A DNA stretch of 39,885 bases from a virus. Its lineage: Duplodnaviria > Heunggongvirae > Uroviricota > Caudoviricetes. Position 1 is the first letter of the stretch; every line of letters begins with the position of its first letter. Under the pieces are notes generated by a model. It saw nothing but the letters and a program-made list of their open reading frames with translations. It did not search any database and was not told the origin of the DNA. The position numbers and the translations under genes were made by a program. Positions 1 through 9,446 of this stretch are shown in pieces. The stretch spans positions 1-39,885 of IMG/VR virus record IMGVR_UViG_3300042900_000713; one strand, 5' to 3'.

Positions 1-877
1 CTTTAGGTAAATTACCCACATCAATATAGAAAATTCTACGTTCTGGTGCTCTTGATATACGATAAATTACCAAAGAATCTTCAATCATCCGAAGTTGATT
101 GAGAGATTTTATTGCTTTATGTAGGTAAGATAGACAAGTTCCTTTATTTCTATCTACCAACCCAGAAGTGCAATATGAAACTGAGTCTCTTGCGATCTTT
201 ACTCCCGCATTTTGTGTTGGTGAAGAAGTTGGTTGTCCTCCCATTGCACCAACGGGATAGGAAGATTTTGGATTGTATATGAAATATTCTTCAATCTCAG
301 GAAAATCATAATCCATTGGATTTTCAACATTACTTTTCGCGTAATTTGAATTATCGTTTGGTTTCTTTTTTTGTTGCCGTACATAACGCATTTTCATTGC
401 GTCAATATACCGAAGTTCTTGTATTCCTTCTTGAGGTTTTTTTAAATCTATAACTTTATGATAATAGAGTCTACCATCAATATACCAATTCCTATAAATT
501 TCGTGAGATTTTTTGTCAAAATCCAATAATTCAAGAAGATATTTAAATTCTTCTCTTATTTTTTCTTTTATTCCATCACTTGCATTTAAATTGGATAATT
601 CAATTTTTATTGGAGAATCATTAGTGTCTGATACGATTGCTTCATTTACGATATCTTCAATAGCACTATCAACTTCCGGATGAAGTGCCATCTCACGATA
701 TCTTTTTATCATTTCAAATTCATTTCTGTAGACACCTTCTATGTCTACATATGAACCAAAAAACCCACTAGTCAAATAATGATCAACCCCGTCCTCGTTG
801 TTAGGAGCGACGGGGGATACTACTGTGGGTGATTGAGTTTGAGTGTCCTCAATTGAAAATCCAAATAATTTTGTCAT
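1..877 (-). CDS. g20: Portal vertex protein, 5' part (runs off the window start)
   Basis: Not in the ORF track because it has no stop in the window. Manual translation from the ATG at 877 gives MTKLFGFSIE...YREMALHPEVDSAIEDIVNEAI...YLHKAIKSLNQLRMIEDSLVIYRISRAPERRIFYIDVGNLPK, the canonical T4-type gp20 motifs. It follows g19. Confidence 0.97.
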   Translation of the reverse strand, partial: MTKLFGFSIEDTQTQSPTVVSPVAPNNEDGVDHYLTSGFFGSYVDIEGVYRNEFEMIKRYREMALHPEVDSAIEDIVNEAIVSDTNDSPIKIELSNLNASDGIKEKIREEFKYLLELLDFDKKSHEIYRNWYIDGRLYYHKVIDLKKPQEGIQELRYIDAMKMRYVRQQKKKPNDNSNYAKSNVENPMDYDFPEIEEYFIYNPKSSYPVGAMGGQPTSSPTQNAGVKIARDSVSYCTSGLVDRNKGTCLSYLHKAIKSLNQLRMIEDSLVIYRISRAPERRIFYIDVGNLPK

Positions 878-901
878 AATTAAGGTTTAACTTGATAATA
901 C

Positions 902-908
902 TATTTAT
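902..908 (-). promoter_or_regulatory. T4-like late promoter motif ATAAATA upstream of g20
   Basis: Plus strand TATTTAT at 902-908, 24 nt upstream of the g20 ATG; matches the core of the T4 late consensus TATAAATA. Confidence 0.6.
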
Positions 909-1528
909 CAACCCTGAGCAGAGTTAGATCCAGGAGTTTCTGGATACCAGAACTGTACTTGGAATTCTACTGTGAATTCTTCAATAGTATCTGAAGTCTC
1001 ATAAGAGAGATCAATTTGTGAAATATTAGTTGGGAAAATATCCTTAAACTTATATTGAGCAAGAACATTAGCATTACCGCCAGTTCCAGTTCCAGTCTCT
1101 CTATTAACTAATGCTCTACCAAGTTGAACAACCTGAGCATCGGTCATATAAGAATTTGGTTCGGTTAGACCACTATGATCAGAGTACTGACCAATGTTCT
1201 GCATCCAAGACTCAAATGCTCTTCTATGTGAGAAGTTTTCATCGTTAATAATAGTAACCGTCCAAGAATCAAATGTCCTATCGCCAGCAACTTTTAGAAT
1301 ACGACCTCTAAAAGGAACATCAATTGGAGCAATAATAGATGCTGGAAGTGCGGCTGCTTTACATAGAAAGGTAAAGTTTTCTGCATCAAATGTACCAGCA
1401 CCATCACCCTGAACACCTAAATTTACACCACCAGGAAAACTGGGAATAGTAACTTCAAAAAGATTAGGGCGGGCACCACCGCCGATTAACTTGGATTTAA
1501 ACTGAGAGAGACCCTTGATAGTAGCCAT
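908..1528 (-). CDS. g19: Tail tube protein
   Basis: GGARPNLFEV...FLCKAAALPAS...VPFRGRILKVAGDRTFDSWTVTIINDENF...IEEFTVEFQVQFW; AGGAGG Shine-Dalgarno at 1537-1542; lies between g18 and g20. Confidence 0.97.
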   Translation of the reverse strand: MATIKGLSQFKSKLIGGGARPNLFEVTIPSFPGGVNLGVQGDGAGTFDAENFTFLCKAAALPASIIAPIDVPFRGRILKVAGDRTFDSWTVTIINDENFSHRRAFESWMQNIGQYSDHSGLTEPNSYMTDAQVVQLGRALVNRETGTGTGGNANVLAQYKFKDIFPTNISQIDLSYETSDTIEEFTVEFQVQFWYPETPGSNSAQG

Positions 1529-1562
1529 TTTTAATTCCTCCTGTTGTAATTAATTTATATGA

Positions 1563-4010
1563 TCAAACAGTTCCAGCGACTTCTTCAAAAGAAACGCCAG
1601 TTCTGGTTGCAACAAAGGTCAATGTTACATAGTTAATTGATTTTGCTGGTTTTAAGAAAATATCAGCTCTAAATTCATTGTTATCAATCACATCTGGAGT
1701 GTTATTAGATTCATCGCATTTTACAAGGAATCCATAAAGACCTCTCTTTGCCTGAACATCACGAAGATAAGGTTCAACAATGTTTACGAAGTTTGCTCTT
1801 GTAATTTCGTCGTTTAACTCAAAGAGTTGTGCCTGAGCAGTTCTTTCAAGTGCTTGCTCAACTGTAAGGAAGAGACGACGAACATTAATTCTATCAAAAG
1901 CAGATGCATATCCAAGAGCAGTCTTATCTCCGTAAAGAAGAATACCAATACCAGGTTGATTGATAATGGAATTGATTCTTAGTGGATAAAGTTGATCTCT
2001 TTGTGCTTTATTTGGGTTATAAGCAAGTTTAATTGCATTGTTTAAGATTCCTCTTTGCTGTCCTGCAGGTGAGAACCAAGGGTATGCAAAAATACTAGTT
2101 CGAACCATTAATCCAGCAACATCGGCGTTACAGGGGATATAACGGAACTTATTATTAAATCTATCGTAGGTATACTTATATCCACTATCAAATACTGCAT
2201 AAGAAGAGGATATAGCAACACCATTGAAGAATTCAATGATATTATCAGTTTGGGTATCAGAATTTGTAATGTCTACAACAGATCCGCGATGAGGAGAAAT
2301 TACTGCAATACAATCTTTTCTTTGATTTGCAATAGAAACTATACTATTTGCCTTCCCTTGGGATTCGTTGATGTTTCCTAAACCAGGTCCCATAATTAGA
2401 TAATCAACCGCAATTTCATCTCTATTTGAGAATAAATTGTATGCAGTAATAAGATCACCGAGAGATGCTTGCATTCCGCCGGTTGAACTATTGTAATCTT
2501 TACCACCAGATAAGTTATATGTTACATTTCCAAGGGCACTAAAAGTTTTATCCTGAGCATCAACGTTCCAAGATCCCTGTGTGGTAGTTAATGCGACAAA
2601 TGATCCTAGACCATTAAATCCCGTTTGAACAGTTGGTTCACCTGGTTTGGTATTGTCAGAAGGATTATCTCCAACATAAACATAATTAGAGTAAACTGCC
2701 AGATAATTTTTCCACCAAGTTTTTTGTGGAGAATTTACTGAAGAAATTGCATCGGATGCTTTTGATAGTCCAATATGCTTCTCAAGGAGATTTCCTTGAA
2801 TTCCAGTCACGGAACCAGTATCATCAACAATTACTACATGAATTTCATCACTCTTAGCGTTTCTTTCAACAGAATGCTGAGAGGTTCCTGGTTTTGGTGC
2901 AAGTGAATTCCAATAAATTGAAGAATTATTAAGATCTAATGTTTGTTCATCATACCAATCTTTTACCGTTGCAACAGAATATGTTCCAACTATATTATTA
3001 AAAGATAATAAGTTTCCAGTTAGGATTGATCTTCCTTGATTTCTTTGTGCGTATGTGATCGGGGTTTCTGTCGATGCTACAGAAACTGAATTGGAAAATT
3101 GGATTGAAGTTCCTGCGACTACAGTAGCGCCAATACCCGTACTAAGTGTTATGAAAGTAGAAGCAACACCTGTAATTGCGGCATATGTCGCAACACCTAC
3201 AATTGAAACCAAATTGCTGGTTGTAATTGACTGTGTTAGATTGCTACCATCCACATACAGTATTGTTGTTGATGCAGTACCAGTAATGCTCAATGATCTT
3301 GTGGTAACTGTATCGTAACGTGTTGATGCTGCAGATACTCTAGAGGTTATTTTTACATCAATTGTACTTGGATTAGGTCCAGAACTAGTTGTATTGATTC
3401 CAGTAATAATTCCCTTTAAATATCCATTAAATGTTGAGGTTGTTCCCGATTCAGATATAGTTACATTTGTTAAAGGAATAGTAACACCAACACCAACTGT
3501 AGCACCAATACCCGATAAACTAGTTGTATTGATACCAATAATTTGATCTGCCTTATCATCAATTACGCAAACTTTAAGATCATTTGCCCAAGAACCTGGA
3601 TTCTTTGCGGCAAAGATATAATTAGCAATATCATCCGCATAATTTGCTTCATAGTCATCAAAGTTTTTGATCTTTAATGTGGGTTCTCCTGCAGTAGAGA
3701 CACCTGAAGTATTTCTAATCGCATTAGCATTTACTAGTTGCCCATCTACCCTAATAACCTTAAGAACGCCACCATATGAAAGGAATGATGAAGCACTCAT
3801 CCAGTACTCATACTGTGCATCTGTTGATGAGGGCTTTCCAAATACGTTAATAAGTTGATTCTCTGTAGTAATGTCAATTGGTTCGTTCACTGGTCCAATT
3901 GCAAAAGGTCCTGCAATTGCTCCAATATTATCTAAAACATTATCAGCTCTCCCTACAGTTAGATCAACCTCGCGGATCAGAACACCCGGAGATAATTGAG
4001 GAGTCGCCAT
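1563..4010 (-). CDS. g18: Tail sheath protein, 815 aa
   Basis: N-terminus LSPGVLIREVDLT; C-terminal sheath domain WFSPAGQQRG...FDRINVRRLF...IFLKPAKSINYVTLTFVATRTGVSFEEV; AGGAG Shine-Dalgarno upstream. Confidence 0.97.
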   Translation of the reverse strand: MATPQLSPGVLIREVDLTVGRADNVLDNIGAIAGPFAIGPVNEPIDITTENQLINVFGKPSSTDAQYEYWMSASSFLSYGGVLKVIRVDGQLVNANAIRNTSGVSTAGEPTLKIKNFDDYEANYADDIANYIFAAKNPGSWANDLKVCVIDDKADQIIGINTTSLSGIGATVGVGVTIPLTNVTISESGTTSTFNGYLKGIITGINTTSSGPNPSTIDVKITSRVSAASTRYDTVTTRSLSITGTASTTILYVDGSNLTQSITTSNLVSIVGVATYAAITGVASTFITLSTGIGATVVAGTSIQFSNSVSVASTETPITYAQRNQGRSILTGNLLSFNNIVGTYSVATVKDWYDEQTLDLNNSSIYWNSLAPKPGTSQHSVERNAKSDEIHVVIVDDTGSVTGIQGNLLEKHIGLSKASDAISSVNSPQKTWWKNYLAVYSNYVYVGDNPSDNTKPGEPTVQTGFNGLGSFVALTTTQGSWNVDAQDKTFSALGNVTYNLSGGKDYNSSTGGMQASLGDLITAYNLFSNRDEIAVDYLIMGPGLGNINESQGKANSIVSIANQRKDCIAVISPHRGSVVDITNSDTQTDNIIEFFNGVAISSSYAVFDSGYKYTYDRFNNKFRYIPCNADVAGLMVRTSIFAYPWFSPAGQQRGILNNAIKLAYNPNKAQRDQLYPLRINSIINQPGIGILLYGDKTALGYASAFDRINVRRLFLTVEQALERTAQAQLFELNDEITRANFVNIVEPYLRDVQAKRGLYGFLVKCDESNNTPDVIDNNEFRADIFLKPAKSINYVTLTFVATRTGVSFEEVAGTV

Positions 4011-4043
4011 TTAATTTTCTCCTAAGTCTCAGTTAACTAAAAA

Positions 4044-4050
4044 TATTTAT
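4044..4050 (-). promoter_or_regulatory. T4-like late promoter motif ATAAATA upstream of g18
   Basis: Plus strand TATTTAT at 4044-4050, 33 nt upstream of the g18 ATG. Confidence 0.6.
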
Positions 4051-4091
4051 TAAAATATTATTTTTCATGGGGGAATTACTGCGTGAACACT

Positions 4092-4322
4092 TTACCAGTC
4101 AGGATATTCCCATTTTACTTCTATTATTACATTCTTTCTTGAGATAATAACTCGTTTTTTGGTGCATTCTTTACACTCATATGAATATGAAGATGCAACA
4201 TGACCTCTATCTTTTCTAGTTCTATAAAATTCATCAATTAAATTTTTAGTCTGATTACAATTTTTACATTTTCTTTCATACAAAAATAAGTGCTCAAAAC
4301 TTAAATGATTATCTAAATTCAT
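4092..4322 (-). CDS. Small CxxC...CxxC zinc-ribbon-like protein, 76 aa
   Basis: RKCKNC...YECKEC. The likely start is the ATG at 4322, which overlaps the g17 stop (TAATG), rather than the track's 4337. Confidence 0.75.
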   Translation of the reverse strand: MNLDNHLSFEHLFLYERKCKNCNQTKNLIDEFYRTRKDRGHVASSYSYECKECTKKRVIISRKNVIIEVKWEYPDW

Positions 4323-5983
4323 TACCAAGAATTCCACATATAAGAAAATTCCGATTGCTTGTCGCCATATTCGTCAGTGAACCATCTATCTCCATCTTTA
4401 TCTACAAATGTGTCCTCATTATTCACTCCATCAACAATAAATCCGAAAGGAGACATATCTTGCTCTACTTGATTCTTTTGTTCTTCATAGATTCGTTTTC
4501 TAATATCTTGATCGGTAAGTTCTTTGAAATAATCTTGAAGAATTAACCAAGAATACATTACCAAACACATTACAAGATCATCATTTCTTCCATCTTCTGC
4601 TTCAAATGAATTTGCTTTTTGAACAAACGTAGTTAATTCATTGATAATTTCAAAATCGGTAAAAGTCAATTTATTATCTTCTATGAGAGTTTTTAAATTC
4701 AAACAACCAACTTTTTTAGTTGTTTTTGACATTTTTACGCCAAGTTGAACTTTTTTCCCAGAAAAACCTTGACCCAATATTTGCCCTGCTCTACCTCTCA
4801 TAGAACTCATAAGAAGATTTGAATATTCTAAGTCGTAATGAAGACCTGCGGCTACCTGATCTCCAACATCATTTACTTCACATAGAACATATGCTTTATT
4901 GTAAGAAAGTGCAACTTCTTTTATAATTTGAGGAAATAATATTGGTCTTATTTTATTATTTCTATACTTTCCTACAACTTTGTGTGGAAATTGTGATACA
5001 TCAATTACTACGAAAGCCGAATAATCTTTTTCTACTCCACGAGCAACATCCACCGTAACAACGTATGTATGATCTTCCTGAGGGTCTTCATAAACATCTA
5101 AACCAGCACTTGAAGTCTTTGGAGTATCAAATACCAATCTATTTAATATTGGTCCAGATATAAGGGTATCTGATGAACCTAAGAATAAACATTCAAATTC
5201 TTGTCTCCATTGGGATTCTGATGTATTTGAAATAGTTAATCTTTTAAACTCTTCATCTCTTCCCGGTACATCAGTCCAATGAACTTCAATTGGAATATAA
5301 TCATTTCTACTCTTTTGTGCGTCATCCCAGAGACGGTAGAAATGATTCATACCGTATGGAGTGCTTACGACAATAACCTTAGAAGATTTGCCTGACGTAA
5401 TTACAGGATAAACTGAACTAAAGAAATTATCTGCGACTGTATTTGGAACAAACGCAAATTCGTCCAGAAAAATAATATTATAAGTTCCACCACGAATAGA
5501 AGATGCTGAAGTAGATGCGGCCGTTATCCTGGACTTATTCTCAAGTTCTAAGGACCCCTTGTTCCACGACAAGACGCCTTGTTGTAACCACTTGGGCAAA
5601 TTCTCATAACCAGTTTGAAGGCGCGTCAGAAGGTCTCTGGCGGTGTTTGCTTTGTTTGCAAGAATTGCAATATTAGTATTATCATTAAAGATTGCATAAT
5701 GAAGAAGATATGAAACTACAACTGTGCTTTTTCCTGACTGCCTAGGTAACTTACATATAGTAAATCTATTTTTATGAAAGGTATCCACCATTTCTTCTTG
5801 AAATGGATACATATCAAAATCAGATAATCCATAATCAAGTGTAGTTATTTTTATATATTTTTTAGCGAAGTATACTGGATCTTCAGCACACTTAATCCAC
5901 TCAAGTACTTGATCTTCTGTAAATTCAATTTTGGTATTTGCTTTCTTAAGAAGTGGATTACCAAGATAGTGTTCTTCAGACAT
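4322..5983 (-). CDS. g17: Terminase large subunit
   Basis: YLGNPLLKKAN, Walker A LPRQSGKST, Walker B IIFLDEFAF, nuclease motifs VTVDVARG and DDLVMCLV; 553 aa, uninterrupted. Confidence 0.98.
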   Translation of the reverse strand: MSEEHYLGNPLLKKANTKIEFTEDQVLEWIKCAEDPVYFAKKYIKITTLDYGLSDFDMYPFQEEMVDTFHKNRFTICKLPRQSGKSTVVVSYLLHYAIFNDNTNIAILANKANTARDLLTRLQTGYENLPKWLQQGVLSWNKGSLELENKSRITAASTSASSIRGGTYNIIFLDEFAFVPNTVADNFFSSVYPVITSGKSSKVIVVSTPYGMNHFYRLWDDAQKSRNDYIPIEVHWTDVPGRDEEFKRLTISNTSESQWRQEFECLFLGSSDTLISGPILNRLVFDTPKTSSAGLDVYEDPQEDHTYVVTVDVARGVEKDYSAFVVIDVSQFPHKVVGKYRNNKIRPILFPQIIKEVALSYNKAYVLCEVNDVGDQVAAGLHYDLEYSNLLMSSMRGRAGQILGQGFSGKKVQLGVKMSKTTKKVGCLNLKTLIEDNKLTFTDFEIINELTTFVQKANSFEAEDGRNDDLVMCLVMYSWLILQDYFKELTDQDIRKRIYEEQKNQVEQDMSPFGFIVDGVNNEDTFVDKDGDRWFTDEYGDKQSEFSYMWNSW

Positions 5984-5995
5984 AATTTAATTACA

Positions 5996-7948
5996 CTACC
6001 ATTTTATTTTGTTAGACCACCAGGCAGCAGACATTTTTCCTTTTGCTATATTTTTTGCGTGTCTAGTTTGAAATCTATTCCTTCTGCTTGCATATTCCTT
6101 AGATTCCCCTTTTTTCTTTGGGGAACCTTTTACTCCTCGTTGACCAAAACGAATAAGTTTTTCTTGACCGTTAGAACACGCTTTGACTACGTGAGATTTT
6201 CCAGTCTCAGAATCTCCAACTGCTTGTGCTTTTGGTTTGTTGCATGGCATCTCAGACTTTTTTCCCTCTAATATTTCAACCTCTTCTTTCATTTCACGTT
6301 CTTTTCTCTTTGCTGCTGCTTTAGCAAGTGTTCTTTGCCTTGCGGATTCACGTTCAGATTGAGGAATATTAATGTCAGTTAAAGCACCAACCCTTTCTCT
6401 CGGAGGTTCTATTTCTTTTTGTTCACCCATGGGTTTTACATAATTTCTATTAGGTCCTAACTTTCCCCCATCACCACCTCTATATGCATAAATTATAGGT
6501 TCTCCGGGTTTAAAATCGGCAACTCGATAAGTAACTACTTTAGAACCTGGATAAATTTTTTGCATTTCATCAGAAACTTCTATTCTGCTTGGAATTTTAG
6601 ATTGGGGGAAGAATAATTGCATAGTATAGTATTTTCCTCTCCAAGATAATGTAACAAAAATATTGTTTCCAGTTTGTGCTTGAAGTCTTACTGCCTCATC
6701 TATATTCTCTTCTTTGACCGAAACACAATTAGGTACTTCTTTTCCACCTTTCTTTTTTGTTCCAACTTGCTTGTATCCTTTCCAGCAAGGATTTTCTTCT
6801 TTAATACTTCCAGATTTAATTATGTCAATAAATTCCGCATATACGTTTCCATTTGCATCTCTTACTGTATTGCTTTCTTTTTGAGTCTCCATTTTTTTCA
6901 ATTTTGTATAATAATCTGGTTTTTCATCCAAATGTTGAAGTGCAGTAATTCTTGCTGAACTCTTACTGGTGGTATGTTCAAATTCAACCTTAGTTCCAAT
7001 TTCTAATTGCTTTTTAATTTCTTCTACTGATATTCCATGCTTTTTAGCAAGTTCTTCTGGAGATTTGTAAGATTTCACTGGTCCTTTAGGGTCTTTCTCT
7101 TCACTCATTGGGCATTGATCTGTTCCATGAATAGGACAAGACTTTCCTTTTTTAGTGTGGGTGCAAGAACCCTCAGCAACCGGTTTACCAATACCTACTT
7201 CAGTTGGTTTTATTTTTTGTCCCGAAACTTTCATTCCTTTTGGAAGTGGTTTACACACTTCATCAGTATTGCACCAGTACATTCCCTTTCCACACTTCTC
7301 TTCACCAAGAATTTTTTCTACTAAGGATGGTTTGTATTCAGCATTAATATTTCTTATACTAGTATCTCCAGGTTTAACTAAAGGAATACTTGGACCACTT
7401 CTTTTACCTTGCGCTGCTTCCCGTTCACCAGTAGTAGATCCTTTTTGTGAAAGATTTCTTATTTTTTGAGATTTTGCACTCGCTCTAATTACTTTTGGAT
7501 CTATGTTTAAACTATCTAAATTAATACCTTCATCAACAGATTCATCACTTTCAAGATACTCAGCGGCAGTATCAATATAATCAGCAGCCTTAGTAATTTT
7601 GGATTGAACCCAGGCAGGAAGTTGCTGATTTCCGGACTTTATACTTTGACGTAGATTTTTAATTGCTCTTTCAATTGAATCTAATTCATTTCTTGCCATA
7701 TATCCTTCATCATCTTGCTTTTTACCAGATGCAATTTCTTTATGGTCTTCTTGAAGTTTTTTCATTTTTTCTTTAACCCAATTGTCTGGTGTTTTTTTGT
7801 TTTTAGATTTAAAAGCATTATGAAGTTCTTCAGCAGTAATATCATAAGATTTCATAATTTTTCTCATAAGAGAATCTATCGAATCATATGAAACATTAGA
7901 TAACTCTAATAACTTATTTTCTAATTCAATTACTGCTTGTGATAGCAT
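5996..7948 (-). CDS. 650-aa modular hypothetical protein (DUF5661-like module plus several short motifs); candidate head-internal polyprotein
   Basis: Long ORF between g16 and g17 with its own ATAAATA motif. It contains IGTKVEFEHT...ALQHLDEKPDYYTKLKKME (recalled as DUF5661-like), WVQSKITKAADY, PCWKGYKQVGTKKKGGKEVPNCV and a basic C-terminal module. Confidence 0.85.
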   Translation of the reverse strand: MLSQAVIELENKLLELSNVSYDSIDSLMRKIMKSYDITAEELHNAFKSKNKKTPDNWVKEKMKKLQEDHKEIASGKKQDDEGYMARNELDSIERAIKNLRQSIKSGNQQLPAWVQSKITKAADYIDTAAEYLESDESVDEGINLDSLNIDPKVIRASAKSQKIRNLSQKGSTTGEREAAQGKRSGPSIPLVKPGDTSIRNINAEYKPSLVEKILGEEKCGKGMYWCNTDEVCKPLPKGMKVSGQKIKPTEVGIGKPVAEGSCTHTKKGKSCPIHGTDQCPMSEEKDPKGPVKSYKSPEELAKKHGISVEEIKKQLEIGTKVEFEHTTSKSSARITALQHLDEKPDYYTKLKKMETQKESNTVRDANGNVYAEFIDIIKSGSIKEENPCWKGYKQVGTKKKGGKEVPNCVSVKEENIDEAVRLQAQTGNNIFVTLSWRGKYYTMQLFFPQSKIPSRIEVSDEMQKIYPGSKVVTYRVADFKPGEPIIYAYRGGDGGKLGPNRNYVKPMGEQKEIEPPRERVGALTDINIPQSERESARQRTLAKAAAKRKEREMKEEVEILEGKKSEMPCNKPKAQAVGDSETGKSHVVKACSNGQEKLIRFGQRGVKGSPKKKGESKEYASRRNRFQTRHAKNIAKGKMSAAWWSNKIKW

Positions 7949-7955
7949 TTTATTT

Positions 7956-8405
7956 CTATTTATTATCTTGGTTATTTAATCTACTCTTTAATATTTTTGA
8001 TAACTCCGTAGTTGATCCAAAAAAGAGGGCATTAGTTACATTTGTAGGTCCACTTGAAGTTTTTACTTCTTCCAAATCTCTTAGTTTTTTTTGTAATTCA
8101 ATCAATTTCTCGGTAGAATCCGAAACATTTTTAATTAGTTGTCCAACAACTTCATACGCTCTCGGAGACTCAGTTTCCTGTGCTAATTCTAAAATACCAT
8201 TTAATGCTTCTTGTCCTTTTTCAATAATAGAGTACATATTGCCACGAGCGTATTCGTAGTCCTTTTTTATGTCACTTAAAATACTTTTAGTGTCAATCGT
8301 ATCTTCTAAAGGAACATTTTTTAATAGTTTAGGTTCAAGTTCTTGGGGAACAATCTCCCCAGTAACATTGAAGACTTCATCTAATTTATCAAATTTTTTA
8401 GGCAT
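7956..8405 (-). CDS. g16: Terminase small subunit
   Basis: DYEYARGNMYSIIEKGQEALNGILELAQETESPRAYEVVGQLIK, typical of cyanomyophage gp16; lies directly after g15. Confidence 0.9.
   Translation of the reverse strand: MPKKFDKLDEVFNVTGEIVPQELEPKLLKNVPLEDTIDTKSILSDIKKDYEYARGNMYSIIEKGQEALNGILELAQETESPRAYEVVGQLIKNVSDSTEKLIELQKKLRDLEEVKTSSGPTNVTNALFFGSTTELSKILKSRLNNQDNK
7957..7963 (-). promoter_or_regulatory. Late promoter motif ATAAATA for the 650-aa ORF
   Basis: Overlaps the last codons of g16 (AAT AAA TAG), 8 nt upstream of the ATG at 7948. Confidence 0.55.
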
Positions 8406-8412
8406 AATTCAC

Positions 8413-9414
8413 TCAACTAAATTCTCCAGTAAATCCAAAGTTATCACCAAATTCGATTAGATCATTATCTGATGCTCTAATTAATTTAACCTCAGCACCA
8501 GATACGTGAATTGATATTGGAGTTCCATATGACCCTCTAATTACAGTAAGAGTGTTTCCATTTTTACTTTGAACTTGAAGAGTTTCATTATTTATTGTAA
8601 AGTGTGAATCTAATAATATATCCGATGCATCATTTACTTCAATAATATTTGAATCTAATTCTAAATCATTAGTAATATAAGTTGTAATATCTCCAGTGTA
8701 ATTTTTTGTTGCTACGGGAGTAGAAGTATAAGTAAGATCTCTAGATGTAGAACGTGTATCTCCAGAAATAAATCCAAGAGAAACCTTTTTGATAATATCT
8801 TTGTCTGCTCCAGTAGATACTGGTCCAAAAAGATAAACCTTTGCAGTAAACTTTAAGGTATAAATTAATGCTCTTCTAGTAGTATACTCACCTTCATAAT
8901 CATCTTGCATAGAAACATTATTTAAGATGATAGGAATGTCTCTTTTTTCTCCAATAGAATCTATTAAGTTTACAGTTAAAGTGTATGCTGGTTGAAAATA
9001 CGGTAATATTTGCTCAACTATTTGCAACATATCATCATTTAATTTAGTCATAATACTCAGATCAAAATCCATATTATATGGAACTGGCATATATGTTTTT
9101 CTTATGTCAGTAGGATCTGTTTTTGTTTTTGCTAAAAATGTTTGAGTCGTAGTTAATTTTCTTGTTGAGTCGTATGATAAACCAGTAAATTCAAAAGACA
9201 TTCTTGGCAATGTAATTTGAACTGGCGAATTTAAATTTGGTTGCTGTTCAACTCTTGCTAAGAATTTTTGAATTGGTCCATATGCAAGGGGAACATTAAT
9301 GACTGATACAACTTGCCCCGCAGAATTGGTATGTTTAATAGAAATACTGTTAAACAACGATCCGAAACCTATAACAGTTTTTCGAAATATCTCGTGATAA
9401 AAATAATCAAACAT
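8413..9414 (-). CDS. g15: Tail completion / sheath stabiliser with an extra C-terminal domain
   Basis: YFYHEIFRK...VPLAYGPIQKFLAR...LPRMSFE...MPVPYN...QIVEQILPYFQP...RRALIYTLKFT. A TTAAATA late-promoter variant lies at about 9436-9442. Confidence 0.95.
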   Translation of the reverse strand: MFDYFYHEIFRKTVIGFGSLFNSISIKHTNSAGQVVSVINVPLAYGPIQKFLARVEQQPNLNSPVQITLPRMSFEFTGLSYDSTRKLTTTQTFLAKTKTDPTDIRKTYMPVPYNMDFDLSIMTKLNDDMLQIVEQILPYFQPAYTLTVNLIDSIGEKRDIPIILNNVSMQDDYEGEYTTRRALIYTLKFTAKVYLFGPVSTGADKDIIKKVSLGFISGDTRSTSRDLTYTSTPVATKNYTGDITTYITNDLELDSNIIEVNDASDILLDSHFTINNETLQVQSKNGNTLTVIRGSYGTPISIHVSGAEVKLIRASDNDLIEFGDNFGFTGEFS

Positions 9415-9446
9415 TTTTTTAACCTAATTATAAACTATTTAACAAG

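Noticed and set aside
199-384. 61-aa minus-strand ORF from the track
   Set aside because: It is an out-of-frame shadow inside g20. The same applies to the nested minus-strand ORFs at 27602 and 36328.
4322-5983. Intein or intron in the terminase
   Set aside because: The length is normal, the motifs are contiguous and no splice-junction signature is seen.
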